DNA of 63,485 nucleotides, filler included, from Basidioascus undulatus (taxonomy: Eukaryota), in NCBI GenBank assembly GCA_000826855.1. It is 11 parts of 11 records of this genome, joined end to end, with 100 filler letters (N's around TTAATTAATTAA, not from the genome) between each part and the next. Parts side by side here need not be neighbours in the genome. Positions count along the whole stretch, not along the records: positions 1 to 3,793 come from JTLS01002319.1; positions 3,894 to 28,614 come from JTLS01000232.1; 9 more parts are not named here. The stretch is one strand, 5' to 3'. A program made the position numbers and the translations under genes. The notes under the pieces were generated by a model. The model made no database searches. It was not told the origin of the DNA and saw nothing but the letters and a program-made list of their open reading frames with translations. Each line of letters starts with the position of its first letter. Position 1 is the stretch's first letter. Positions 1-13,002 of this stretch are shown one piece after another.

Positions 1-1599
1 TGTGTGCTATTTCGTTTGGCACGACCCAAGATCAAGTGCGGGGGGAGGAGGTGGTGGTGGAGGAGTAGGTAGGGAGAGAGGGGGAGAGGGATGAAGAGAG
101 AGGGCTTGGGTATGCTGGTGTGTAAGTGTGGGAGTGCGAGTGAGAGTGAAAGGACGTGTGGACCTGAGGATAATGTCAGGCAAGGGCTTCACACTTTGAT
201 TGTGTTTCGGTGCGCGGTTCCGTTAGCCCGGCTGTCGGCAACCGTCAAGAGGGAGGGAGAGAGGGACTTAGGCTGCTCTAGCTTTTTCGAGCGCTGGAAG
301 CCCTAATATTAAGTGACACGTTGGAGGTCTTTGGGGCAGTATCACGCGGTGCGCACGCGCATTGCGCTGTGTAGCCTGGGGCCTGGCGAGATGCAGGGAG
401 CGGCACTGCAGCCGAGAGTGCAGATCCTTGCCGACCGTGATTACTTGACACAGCCGCGCGAGTAGGAGTGCAGACGGCACAGCAATCCCCTCTGCCTCTC
501 TGCCTCTGCGCATGGCAGGGGTCATGAGTAGGCGCTCGCTCCTCTGCACAGCCGCCGTGGTCGATTTTGAGCCACGGCCAGCTGGAGCGAGCGCCGTGCT
601 GCATGCTTATGGAGCCTCTGCCGATCCACGCTGCCTGAGCGACAGCTCGAACCCGACCTTTGCTCCGAGTGTGCTGGCGTAGCCCTCATGGGCACACATC
701 TCAATCTCTTAGGTAAATGGACAGAATAATGAAGGTAAGGTGTCACCTCGCCCTCTAAGGCTCTATCCGGCCTGCTTAGCCGAACTGGCGGTTCGGTCAA
801 GCTGCATCCATTCTGGATAAGCTGCATCCACTCTCGGTTGGCAATCCTCGATGGAAAGGGCAGATGATGCCTGGTCAAAGGACACCGCCCGAACTACTTT
901 TTGGCTGTGTATCCAACCGAACAGGGGAAAGAGCTGTTCCTCTAGAGGACTTAACCGTCTCAGTTCCTGTGTTGGCCGAGGGCGTGGCAGTGAACTTTTT
1001 TTCCTTCGACCCGGCTGGCAACAGCTGGCACCTCCCCTTCCCGGGATAGCCACTAGCAGACTGCTCATTCCTTGTGCCTATTAATTCACCACTCTTGCTC
1101 TGGCGACGTGAGGTTGGGCTTGGGCAGGCTCGGTGGGTTGATGCCCCAGACGGACGGCGACGCTCTGCGGTCGGTCGGTCGGGACAGACTCGGGAGGATT
1201 TGACCTCAGTAGCATATCCTGCTTCAAGGGTCAATAGGGAGCATATCCCAAATACCTTTCCACACCTTGAAGTTCATGCCTTGCTCTATGCTGGCCCTCG
1301 CCGAAACTTGATACGAGGTCCATGTGAGGTGCGAGATAGCGAGCACGGTTTCAACGGTTCATACGAGATTTGAGGTTCCGAGGACTGGCAATATAAATCA
1401 GCTTACAAAAAGGCCAGGGTCAGCCGTCAGCACCAGACTCAGGAAACTCGCCAGTGGGAACGCCAGTCGCCAGTCTTAATGGGACATCGGACTGCATCCA
1501 CAGGCCTTCCAGCTAGGCATCTCACGAAAGCAAGCAGACCACAAGTATTTTTGGGAAACAACACCTGCTTATAGTCGGTAGAGTATCCTGGAATGACCA

Positions 1600-2417
1600 T
1601 CAAGGTCTGCCCCCGTCTGCGACTGTACCCTCGTACGTGCGGCGCACACTCTCCCTCTGTTTCATCCGGACCATCCACCCTTTCAGCTGTCCGCCTTGGA
1701 GAGCTTTACCCCTAATACCAAATAATTGTTCAGCATCCAAATAAAAAGGAGGAGAAAGGAAAGATGTTGCACGACGCACTCCGGGACAGCTTCGAGATCC
1801 GCCAAAATGGGATACAAAAAGAGGTCGGCCCACGTCGGGGTGTCACCAGGCAAACTGCGCTCACACGCCCATTGGGTTAGCGCATGATAAATGTATGGGA
1901 GGAAGAAAGAAATTACTCACATCCACTGGTCTCCCTCGATCAGCCCCTCCAAGATCCTCAACAGCTCCTCCAGCTTCTGCTTTTCCTCCTGTCCGACCTC
2001 CTTTCCCGCCAGCACAGGCTTGACGACCCCAAACTCCACAATCCTAAACACCTGCGCTGCGCAGAGGCTGGCCCACTGGTGGACCTTCACGCCGCGCATG
2101 CCGCTCTCGTTAAGCCCCAGGCCGCGGCCGAAGGTGTCTTCGAGCCAGCGCGCGATGGCGAGCGCCTCGAAGAGCACGACGCGCTCGGGGCCACCGTCGT
2201 TGTAGGTCAGGGCAGGGAGGAGACCGAAAGGGTTCAGAGCGGTTATTGTCTCGGAGTGCGGGGGATGCGGGTGCTGCGTGAAGGGGAGGGACAGCTCGTG
2301 AAGGCCTGCGGTAAGGTGTTGCGTGTCAACTCGAGGTTCGGCCGGCGTGAAGAGAAGCGTACCGAGGGCGATGGTTCTGGTGAAGGTTGAGACGGGTTTG
2401 CCATAGAGGTCTGTCAT
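1600..2417 (-). CDS. Glutathione S-transferase, 4 exons
   Basis: N-terminal GKPVSTFTRTIAL, LNPFGLLPAL and LFEALAIARWLE. Spliced downstream exons give ILPGDTPTWADLFLYPIL and WMVRMKQRESVRRT, with stop at 1600. GT-AG introns, the first at 2306-2362. Confidence 0.88.
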
Positions 2418-3049
2418 TATGGGTCAGAACTACATGCTTTGTCGTCGTTCAGATACCATGGACTCACTGATTGCGGGCTTCAGTGGGTGGGATGGGGTAG
2501 GAGCGAGCGACGACTGGACAGACGCCATGATGTGTAACGAAGTTCCCATTGATAGGCAGAGGCTGTGGACAATTCAGCAGTCAAGGAAAGAGTTGAAGTG
2601 GGCAGAGCGCTGTTGAAGGGGAAAGTTGAAGGGGAAAGCTAAGACGACGTCAACGGCGGCAGGGCAAGGCACAGCAGGGTGGAGGGGGCGCTTTCACACG
2701 ATTCCACGTGTCTACGGCAGGTGCTCAGCTGGAGAGGGACGCCAGAAGGTTGGTTGAAGAGGGATGCCCTTCCGCGAGAATGATCTTTCCAAAGAGTGAG
2801 GAGACGCTGTAAGAGATACAGGCAGCAGCAGAAGGTGTGAGGGTGCGCTCGACGCTTGTTAAGGTGCTGCAGAACATCAGCACGTAAGAACGTTCGAATG
2901 GAATCCGCCCGATTGAAGCAGGCGAGGCACGACCAAAAAAAGTCAACAATATCTCTGATGGACAAAGGTACAACATCACATGATAAGTGAATAAAGCACA
3001 GAAGACAGAGAACTCTACGAGTCACAACCCAGGGGCGATGGTGTAAACC

Positions 3050-3793
3050 TCACGCGCCACCCGGCCCCGCACCCTCCGCCGCCTCGACGCGGCGCTCCAT
3101 CGCGCGCGTAAGTGCCTTCAACTCGCGCGAGAGAGCTATGATACGTCCCAACACCGCAAATCAGCGTGCTTCGTCCCACGAACGTCCAGGGGCGGAACAG
3201 GAAACGCACACTTGATCCCCTCGAACACCTCGCGATCCACGTCGAGCTCTTGGCCGACGCCCCCGCCCGTACTCTGCAGCGCCTGCGCCTGCGCCTGTGC
3301 GCCCTGCTCGCCCAGCGCGAGCTGGACGAATGAATTGAGCGCGTCCGCGCGGGTGACACCCTGCTCGGCGCAGTACTGCTCCAGCGCAGCCTCGAGCGGG
3401 TCCGCCACGGCCTCGGCTGCGGTCGCGTCCCGTCGCTGGCGCTTGGCTGGGCGCGGGGCGTCCGCGGCGAAGGTGGTGGAGGAGGGCGCGACGAGGTGGT
3501 GCAGGTACGCGAGGCTGTGGTGCGGCTTGATCGGCTCGGGCGGGTCGATCGGCGGGCCGGGGTACCAAAGCAGCTGGTTCGTCGTCGGGTCGCGGGGGAA
3601 GTGCTGGACTGGAATTGGAGTAGCAACCCCTCAGCAACTCCATCTCCACTTGGAGCGCGTGGTAGAGGAGACTCACTCGTGTCCGCTGGCAAGCTCTCGA
3701 TCTTCCCCTCGCTCCCCAGCCCAGCCGTCAAATCCTTAGCGACCTCACCGTCAACGCCACTAGCCAACCCACTCGTCCCGATAACCCATCATC
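3050..3793 (-). CDS. 3' part of an RSC1/RSC2 (polybromo-like) chromatin-remodelling subunit, truncated by contig end
   Basis: Spliced reading IESLPADT / HFPRDPTTNQLLWYPGPPIDPPEPIKPHHSLAYLHHL resembles the C-terminal motif of fungal Rsc1/2. Last exon SLSRELKALTRAMERRVEAAEGAGPGGA ends at TGA 3050-3052. Bromo/BAH domains are not in the window. Confidence 0.55.
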
Positions 3794-3893
3794 NNNNNNN
3801 NNNNNNNNNNNNNNNNNNNNNNNNNNNNNNNNNNNNNTTAATTAATTAANNNNNNNNNNNNNNNNNNNNNNNNNNNNNNNNNNNNNNNNNNNN
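3794..3893. other. Artificial contig spacer
   Basis: 44 N + TTAATTAATTAA (stops in all six frames) + 44 N. Confidence 0.99.
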
Positions 3894-4195
3894 GCGTCCC
3901 AGAGAGATGTGCAGGCACCAACGCCGACTGCGCAGTACAACAGCCGCTACGTCTCCAACTCCATGCTCATCTCTGTCTGCGCCAGTAAGTCTCTCCTCTT
4001 CCGTCACCTGCGCTACCCCACTCACTTAAAGATTACGGTGTTTCCTGCATAACACAGGTCAAGGCGCGTTCAACGCTTGCGTGGTTGGGAGTTGGGAGGA
4101 TTCTGCCAGGGCCCAAAAGCTCGATCGGCCAATCCATCTAGCATACAACAACTGGAAGCTTGTGTATGTGTGTAATATGTCGTTGAGTTTGTAGG
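3894..4195 (+). CDS. Probable 3' exons of an unidentified gene, partial
   Basis: Open frame ASQRDVQAPTPTAQYNSRYVSNSMLISVCA, then a GTAAGT...CAG intron, then in-frame QGAFNACVVGSWEDSARAQKLDRPIHLAYNNWKL. No family recognised and the end is uncertain. Confidence 0.3.
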
Positions 4196-5250
4196 TATTC
4201 ATCACTGGCACTGATCAATGGGAAAAGAATGTCGCCGACAATTTCCCAGCGCGAAGTGGCTTCAGTTGCCGCGGACTTGAAAGAGTTGAACCGTGTCAGG
4301 CTCGGTCAGTCCTGCCGGCGCAATTAGACGATAAAAAGAAGGTATGAAGTGCCTCTTCAAAAACTTGACTTGAATCACGTATTCTCCATTCCTTGACTGG
4401 CAGAGCCGGGGACACCGCGGTGCTGAAAGCTCGAAAGCATCCAGCAGCCGCATCCGCAGTCGAGGTGGCACAGCGCCGCAAGTCGTCCCACTACTCTACA
4501 GGTGGTAAACAGCAGTGAAGAGTTATGGCCCAATACTTGGCTCAATTTGTAAATTTTCTTCGTAAGGGATCAATCTGGCGAAAAAGACACTAATGCGAGA
4601 AAGCACATGCGCTGCGCTATAGCTAGGCCTGATCAGCGTCCTGCTTGCAAAACACCGAACTGACTTTTTAGTCACCATTGCCTCATTAAGGTAGTTTGGG
4701 AACCCAGAAAGTTACGGCTCAATTTATGTTGAAGATATCGTCAAGTAGCAGCCCGTCGACGACTTCTCATCCCTGAAGTGCAAGAGCAACAATCTCAGCG
4801 TCTCAGCGTCCATTCGTCCTTCACCGCGCCTCGGTGTCGTATATTCTTCTAAATGGTTCTGATTTTCCTTAAGGATTAATGTCTGCATAGCCTACTTTGG
4901 TTGCAGCTAAGCCGTACGCCGCTCGTGAGCGCTCTCTCCCGCGCTCCGAAGATGATCTGGTCACGCCTTTCATACCCGCCCGTTGCGCTCAAGGCGCGCT
5001 TTTCACACAACGCGATTTGTATAACCGAAAGTCCTTTAAGATGCGAACGACACATGTTGCAAACGGTCATGGGTTTTGCGTATGATAATAAAAGAACGAA
5101 AGGGATGCGCATGGTGGTCTGCAGAGCTCTGGGTGATGGTCTGCTCCCCAGGTCAGATAAGGTCTACAACAGCGAAGGTGTGGTGAATAAATGCGATTGA
5201 AGAGAGAAAGTTCGGGAGGCGAGGGTATGCGCGGGATAGAGAAAAGAGGT

Positions 5251-8200
5251 TCAAAGCTTGAAGAGGAAGCTGAGGTCCTCGGGCGTGAGGCGCCCGATCG
5301 CGTTCTCATCTTTCCCGATTGCGGCTTCCTTCAAAGCGAAAAAAAGGTAATTCAGCGTCATCCAAAGCACGATGTCTTGGTCAGAGATGAACGGACCACC
5401 ATGGCACTCTTCTTCTCCTCTGCATGGCGCGAAGGTCACGTCAGCCACGAGCCATCAGCGGATGCAAAGACGGGAACGCACGGAGCTGGACGATGCGGCT
5501 CTCGATCGAGTCCTCAATGACGAGTTTAATCGCTTCAACTGTGCGGTGCTGCCCTAGTCGGTGGACGCTAGAACGCAAATAAATCAGGATTCACGCCTTG
5601 AAAAATAACGGAAAGAACGTACCGGTCCATGGCTTGGTACTCTACCGACGGGCTGGACGATAGCGGGTCAGCGAGACGCACGAGTGTTGCCATGATCACG
5701 ATACATACTTCCACCACGAGTCTGAAAGAGAGGAGGGTCAGTCGTGAAACAAGAAAACGTGAACGTCGCGTTCAGACGCACCCATCAAGCTGAGTGCGCA
5801 ATTAGCAAGTCAGTAACGCCCTCGCCGATGCAGTGGTAATAATAAGACATACTACACCCTCGACGCCTCAGTCAGGTTCAGAGCAACGCCGCCCGCCTTG
5901 AGGGAGACGAGGAAGACGGTGCACGACGGTGTGTTCATGAAGTACTTGATAGTAGCGTCACGCATTGCGGGGGTCATCGTGCCCTCGAGACGGCAGATCT
6001 GCACCGACAATGACGAACGCCCGTTAGTGCCCATAGTCCTCTCCTCGAGTACTCGACCAACCGCACCTTGAAGCCCGCACGCTGCAGCCTCCACGCGACG
6101 AGGTCCAAGAAGTTGACGAACTGGCTGAAGACGAGCGACTTCGTCGTCCCGTCCTCGCGGCGTAGGTTGCTAAGCTCCTCGACGAGCGCCTCGATCTTAG
6201 AGCTCGAGCGCCACTTGTCCATGTCGAGGCGGCCGATGATGCCCTGCCGAGCACGGACGGGGCCCTCCTCGCCTTCGTCGAGCGCAGGCTGCGCAATATC
6301 GATCGAAATGGGGACGTGACAAGAGGGGCACGCCGGTTGGAGCTCGATGCTGCCCGTGAGGTACTCTGAGATGCAGTTGCGGCAGAAGACTATAGACGGG
6401 CGACAGCGTAAGCGTGGTAAGACGTGACGGATGATGCGGGCGCCACGTACTGTGGTTGCACTTGGACTTGATCGGCTCCTCGGCAACGTCGTGGCACAGT
6501 CTGCAAACCAGCGCGTCCTCGCTCGCGACGTTTTGCGCGTTCGGGCCGGTGCGGCTCTTGAGCACCAGATCCGGGTGGCACGCCATCTGACGCATGCGCG
6601 TGATGAGCGAGAAGACTGAAAACGCTTGTCAGAATTGTACGCCATCGAGAGGGAAACAACAAAACCATACTGTTGCTGTAGTTGTTGAGCACGGCTGGAG
6701 ACACAAATGATGAGCGGGCGTGATAGCTGAAGCAAGAGAAGTAGAAGACTTACTGCCAGCGTCGACGTAGGTTGAGAACGTGCGCTTTGCGTCCGAAAAC
6801 AAGCTGAGGTAGAGCTCCTTCTCCTCAGGCGAGAAAAAGTCGCGGCGGACGGTGACGATGCGCGGGGGAAGGCCGAGGTCGTCTGCGCGCTCGAGCTTCG
6901 TTCGCCTGAAAATGTTTTCCTCGTTAGTCAGAAAAACGCTTCTTGATAAAGATGCAATTCGACATCGCTTGAACGCACCTCAGCATCATGCGGTCGAGCA
7001 AGATCTTCAGCTTCTTGTACGCGACCGCGCCCTCGCCATCCATGCCGTACTTCTGAATCGGCGTGAGGATCTCGTTGTTCTGCCGAAGTAAAGTAAAGGT
7101 GAGCTGAATTGTCACGAGATGAGCAAGCTGCACGCAATACGTACCCAAAAGCAGAGGTGTTGCATAGGCGAGTGGCCGCACTGGTCGCAATTCTTCTTGT
7201 TCGAGAACGACCACGACAGGCTCTTGCAGTTCGATTTCTTGCAGTAGTAATACTACGCAGCGGGTAGTGGAGTGTAAGCATATATGGTGTTTCAGGAATG
7301 GGAGGAAAATGAACGCACGGCGAATGGGTCCGCGCCGATGAAGCGCACGAGCGAGTACAGCTCGCCGACACGGTTCTGCAGAGGAGTGCCGCTGTACGTC
7401 GAGGTAGCCAGAGTCAGGTGCCACGACGAAAGATATTTCGCTTCGGGAAACATACGAAAGGCACCACTTGTACTCGCTCTGCAGCGCGAACGCCGCCTTG
7501 GCCGTGTTGGTCTGGCGCTCCTTGATGCTATCCCACCCCGCCATAACAATCAACATCGCCTCTTACCACTTCAGGCCTCGAACTATGAAGACTCACTTGT
7601 GCGCCTCGTCGAGGATGACGCGGTGCCACTTGATCGCGTGCACGATGCTCTTCTGCTTGACCTTCTCGCCCTTGCGCTGGCGGCCCGTGTGCTGCCCGCG
7701 GAACGCGCTCTCGAGCACCGAGTACGTCGTCAGCACGACGTCGAATTTGCCAAGCTCCTTGGCCTCCTTCGTGCGAGAGGCCCCGTGCCAGACGGCGACC
7801 TTCATCCCGTCGGTGTCTGTGAAGCGCTGCGTGCGTCAGTTAAGGAGATATTGTGAAAAAGAGAACGTGATTGACGAACGGGCCTCGATCTCGTTTTTCC
7901 ACTGCATGATAGCGACGGTAGGGCTACGCAGAGAAACAAATCGGGTCAGCAACAGTCTCGAGAACGCAATGCGAGGGCGTTCCAGACTCACGCGACGATG
8001 AGGTTCGGCTTCTTGCGGTCGCTGAGGAGGAGCGAGATGGTCTGAATCGTCTTGCCCATGCCCATCTCGTCCTGAAACGGGCAAGCCAGTGAGTTTCAGC
8101 CAAGAAACGACGAGTACAAAAGACGCACCGCGAGCATCCCGCCCTTCCACGTGCCCGCCTCCTGCTGCTTCATCCAGTACAGTGACTCTTGCTGGAACGG

Positions 8201-9868
8201 CAGGAGCGTAAGCTTGAGCCCGGCCGGTTGGGGCAGCTTTTTGGGTTCGATGATCGGGATGTCGGCCTTGAGGTCGCCCCAGACATCCTCGAGCTCGGGG
8301 TGCCAGCGGACGAGGGCGATGTGGTTCCTGTTCAAGCCGCGGATCAAAGTCAGCAGTGAGTGACCCACATACCAAGTACGCAAGCGGCAAGGAGTAAGGG
8401 GAAGTGGAGAGACGACGCACTTCTCCCCGTTCGTGAGCTTCCTCCCAAGCTTCTTGACAAGCCTCCGGCGCTCAGCCATCTCCTCCTTGTCACGCTCCTT
8501 GCGCAACGCCCGCTCCTCGCGCTTCTTCATGCGCTCCTCCGCGACGCTCGAAGACCCGCCCTTCTTCCAGAGCTTGGCGCCCGCGGCGGTCGACGCGAGC
8601 GGGACGTCCTCCTCCTCCTCGTCCAGCACGTCATCGTGCACCTCGTAGCCCGCGTTGTCCCCGGCCTTCATGCGGTCGACCCGCGCCTGGATCGCCTCGG
8701 CCCGGCGCGCAGCCGCGCTGGATCCCGCACCCGAACCCGCGCCCGACGCCTCAGGCTGCGCCGAGCGCTTGGAGGCGGCCGCGGAGCTGATGATAGAGGC
8801 TTCGATCGCCTGAGAAATTAGGGAACAGTAAGCCGCTGCCACGAAGCAGGTAAAGGAAACATCGGAAAAACACTGCGCACCTCTTGCAGCATATCCTCAT
8901 CATCCTCCGAGTTCAGCGCGTAGTCATCATCGTCGATCTCCTCCTCCGAGTTGTCAGAGATGACCTGGAAAAGGCAAGGCTCAGTCAGTTACTTTGGTCC
9001 GAAGCCTCACAAACGCAGCGAAGTCAGGATTACGCACATAGCTCTTGCGCGCAGCCGCCTTGCGCTTCGGCTCGGGCTTGACGTACTCGCTCGCGTCCGA
9101 GTCGTAGTCCGACGGCGCGCTGAGCTCCTCGAGGTACGGGTCGTACTCGAGGCCGGACTCGGCGTTCGACTCGAGCTCGTCGGCCTCCTCGTCGTCCGAG
9201 GTCGGGACAGCCTTCGCCTTGCCCTTGCGCTTCGACTTGGGCAGCGGCGCGTATTGCTTCTTGGCTTTACCCTTGCCCTTGCCCTGCCCACCGAATATTT
9301 TCATGAGTGACCAGAATCGCACATAGCAATTAAAAGTGAAACGCACCTTGACCTCCTCCTCGAGCTCGTCCTCCTCATCTTCCTCTCCAGCACTGTCCCC
9401 GTGCAGATCGTCCGAGTCGTCGTCCCTCTTCCTCTTCCCAGCAGCGACCTTGCCCTTGCCCTTCGACGCGCGGGCGGCCGGCTTCGGCGGCGCCCTCGCA
9501 GCGGCCTTTCCCTTCCCCTTCTCGACCTCACGCTTCTTGGCCGGCGGCTCGTACTCCTCATCGCCCTCCTGGTCCTCCTTCCGCTCGTACTCGCTGTTGA
9601 CCTCATGCACGGCTGCCTTCGCGGGCCTGCCGCGCGTGGCCTTCTTGGCTAGCGGCGTCTCGCTCTCGTCGTCGTCCGAGACGAGCGTCGTCGCGGGCGT
9701 CACCGAGCCGCTCGTGCGGGTCGAGCGGCGCGTACCGAACAGCGGAGAGGGCGCAGCGGACTCGAACGTCGCGGGCGAGTCCTTGGTGGTGGCGGCGGTG
9801 GTCTCCTCGTCCGAGCTGATGTTGATCGGCGCCGTCCAGAGGCGAGTGGAGCGGCGGCGAGGGGGCAT
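5251..9868 (-). CDS. RAD16: RAD16/Rhp16 SNF2-family ATPase with RING finger (global-genome nucleotide excision repair), multi-exon
   Basis: [56 protein letters not shown]...C.H..C..C...[39 protein letters not shown] and C-terminal [14 protein letters not shown]. Long acidic/basic N-terminus from ATG 9868. Confidence 0.95.
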
Positions 9869-10967
9869 GGTCGTCGATTTTTGTGTACGGACTCGGTCTA
9901 GGGAGTACTTTGGGTATCTTCACGGAAACTTGGCGGCGTTTAAGTGACAGAGAGAAAGAGAACACCGTGAAGACCGGCTGGTTGCTATCGGGGCGAGTGG
10001 CGAACCAAGAAGGCAGTACGACCTCGAACTCTGGACGCGCACATCGCGCGGCGCAATGAAGTAATCAGAGACATTTTCATTATATTTTCTTTCACTTGCG
10101 CACTTGCGCAGTTTTAACGTTGCGGCTTCGCCTCCTTATATCTGTCCTCCTTCCGGTCGTCTCCCGTAGCTGCGAGTACACAATCGAGTTTCACAACCGG
10201 ACGCTGTGGACACTCGCGTTATGCAGGTGTTTCCAAGCCAAAGGCAAGCTTTTCTTCCCATGAAGTCCCGCTCTCCCTCTCCACGCATGCCTCATGCCGC
10301 ATGCATGCTCACTACGCGAAACTCGAACCCACAGCCGTACTACACCTCCCCCGCCTTCCGCGTGGAAGCCGAAGGCACTCCTCTCGCCGAGAACCAGACC
10401 TTTCCCAAGTTGTGCCCAGGTTCGAGATCCGACCGAGACTCTCCTTGATTCGATCGATAAAACGCGATTGCCGGCTTTGCGTGAAGTCCCGGGCACCGAC
10501 GACAACGGCCCCTGTTCGCGTGGCGGCCGCGCTGAAGGACAAAGGAATCACTCTCCTCGACGAGCTGGAAGCCCCTGGCCTATTGTCTACACCTAGGCAT
10601 CATCTTATTGCAAGGCCTTTGTTCTTGCATGCTTGATATGCCACTCTCTAACATCAATAACGAACCAATCGGCCATGTTGCCCATTTTGTTTCATACGCT
10701 CCTCGAATAGAGCAAGGCTCGCTGAAACGTTCGCCAGGCCCCTCGAGGCGATGACTCTCGCACTTAGCGACCGAAACGGCATTCCAAGCAGTAAACTGAA
10801 CCATTACATTAAGGAAGTTCGGATAGTAGGGTATACAGGCGCACAAGAAAACATCATGGCAGCAAGCTACAACGTCTTTCAACGCAGCGAACAAACGAGA
10901 CCACAGCGACGCGTGCTGGCGACAACCCAGCGCTCCACCTCCGTCCCGCGCAAGACCTACCAGACCT

Positions 10968-12279
10968 ATTCAGGTACCCTTCCACAGCCGGTTCAGCGCC
11001 GGGCCGTACAGCCGTCACCACACGCAACAGCTCTCGACTCACATATTTGTGGTCTCCCTGCTTCGGCGCAGCCGCCTTCCACGCCTCCGGGTCCTTGGCG
11101 CGCCGGCGCGCAGCCTTCGCCTTGCGCTCCTCCTCGTCCGCCTCCTTCCTCAGCGCAGCAGCGCGCCGCTCGTACTCCTCCGCCGCGCGCAGCTCCGCCG
11201 CGACGAACTGCTCCTGCTCCGCGAGCTGTGCGGTCGTCTGCGCTTGCGTCTCGAGGCGCTTCGAGTGGAAGAGGGAGGCGAAGATGGATTGGAACTTGGC
11301 TGGGGGGTGTCCGGGGAAGGGGAGTCAGGCGGAAACTTGAAGGGGAGATGGCAAGCCTGATGGGGAGGGGGAAAGGGAAGGGACGAACCAGAGCGGGATG
11401 CCCGACGCGCGTGTTTCTCAGCCGGCCCGCTCTTAGGAATCCGCACTTTCACGGGCGTCCCATCCTCCGCAGTGACAGTCTGGACCCCGCTCTTCGTCGG
11501 GTCCGCGACGACCGGCCCGCCCCCGCCCGCCTCCTTCTGCCCGTTCCCGTCCGCCGCGGGCGCGACAGGCTGCGGCCTGTCCATCGCTCCTCCCACGACG
11601 GGCGCCGTCGTCGTGGTTGGCGGCGGGTGCGCAGCGCCAGAGATGTTCCCCCTCGTCGCGCTCGTGTGGACCGTGTTCTCCGGCGCGGCGCCGAAGGACC
11701 CGCCCACGGGCTGGGACTGCGGCTGCTGCTGAGAAGGAGCGGAGACGGGCTGCGACCCATCGATCGACCCGCTCGTTACGGGCGCGGCGGTGATGGGGTC
11801 GGGGTCGGGATGCGGAGGAAGGCCTGGCGGGCCGGTCGTTGCCTCGTGGCTGGAGCAGTGCACCCGACCAGTCAACGTGCGGGAGGACCGGCGATGTAGT
11901 TCTATCAGACGGACCTGATCTCTCCGTCTTTCTGCGGAGCGGGATACGCCGGCGCGCCAGGCTTCCCGGTCGTCGCTTCATGACTGCGTTCCTCTCCCCA
12001 ATCAGCCCGTGCCCATCGCAGTACGTGAAGCGCTGGGCTCCATCACACACCTGACCTGTCCATCCCCGTCCAGCGCGCCATACTCGTTCGGGGGCGGGTG
12101 CGGCTGCAGCCCAGGACCCCCAGTAGTGCTCTGGATGCCGAAGCCGCCCGCGCCCGAGGCAGCAGCCTAGGAGAAGCGTACGAGGGCTAGACGTCAATCA
12201 CAAGGAACTTGCGCAAGGAGAAATGCGAACCTACCTCCTTAGTTGCGTTCTCGTTCTTCTTTCCGAGACCGAAAACCAT
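10968..12279 (-). CDS. Hypothetical multi-exon protein with a low-complexity middle and coiled-coil C-terminus; 3' end approximate
   Basis: ATG 12279 (MVFGLGKKNENATKE) followed by a GT donor. GC3-rich exons 11400-11860 and 11047-11300 (AKFQSIFASLFHSKRLETQAQ...AAEEYERRAAALRKEADEE). Confidence 0.6.
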
Positions 12280-13002
12280 CGTAGACAAGCGTGAGTGTGA
12301 TCGTGCGTGAAGTGGGAGGAGATGTGTGTGAGGGTGATGACTCGATCGACTTTTACTGTATTGCTCTGCTGCGCAGTCGTGCCTGAGTGGAGCGAAGAGG
12401 AGGACGGAGGAGGACAAGGGGCAACGTCAGATCCGCGAACATCCGTTCTGCTCCGCCTCCCGCTCATCCCGCCAAGGCAAGGTTCGCGAACACGTGCCGG
12501 ACTTCGGGAATGCCTCCGCTTGCGTGCGAGGGCTGCGATGTGCGTGAAAGAGAAAAGCTTTGAAAATGCCGCTGAGAGATGTGCTGAGGTGCAGCTATCA
12601 GGAAGTCAGTGAGAATGAGAGGCGCGGGCGAGTGGAAGATCGACTGCGAGAGGGGCGCGTGAAACAGGGATCGAGCGTGACGGCAAGTCGATTGATCGAA
12701 GGTATGTGGGTAAGCATAATGAGCTACGGTACGCGTCCTCTATCAGGCGAGGGAAGGCGAGGGAAGGCGAGAAAGACGAACGTGAGGATGTAAGCAGGGT
12801 GAGTGTGAGCGTTCAATGAAGGCGAAGCGTGTACAGCGAAGTGAGCAACCCAACGCAGCCAGCTGCTCCCCGGCGCGGCACACCTCCCATTACCGCCTGC
12901 CAATACAATTACGGTGAGCCAATGGGAAAGAAACGGTCCTTGTTCCGCCAACCCGTCCTACCCGTCGTACCCGTCCTACACGTCCTCCCCGCTGCCCCGG
13001 CC

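Noticed and set aside
700..1373. Decayed gene in the first contig
   Set aside because: The fragments do not assemble into any recognisable motif; only a short direct repeat near 799-830.
10751..11899. 382-aa plus-strand ORF and similar long Arg/Pro/Ala-rich ORFs (e.g. 24051-24755, 56929-57798)
   Set aside because: They are antisense or alternate-frame shadows of GC-rich genes, with no independent motifs.
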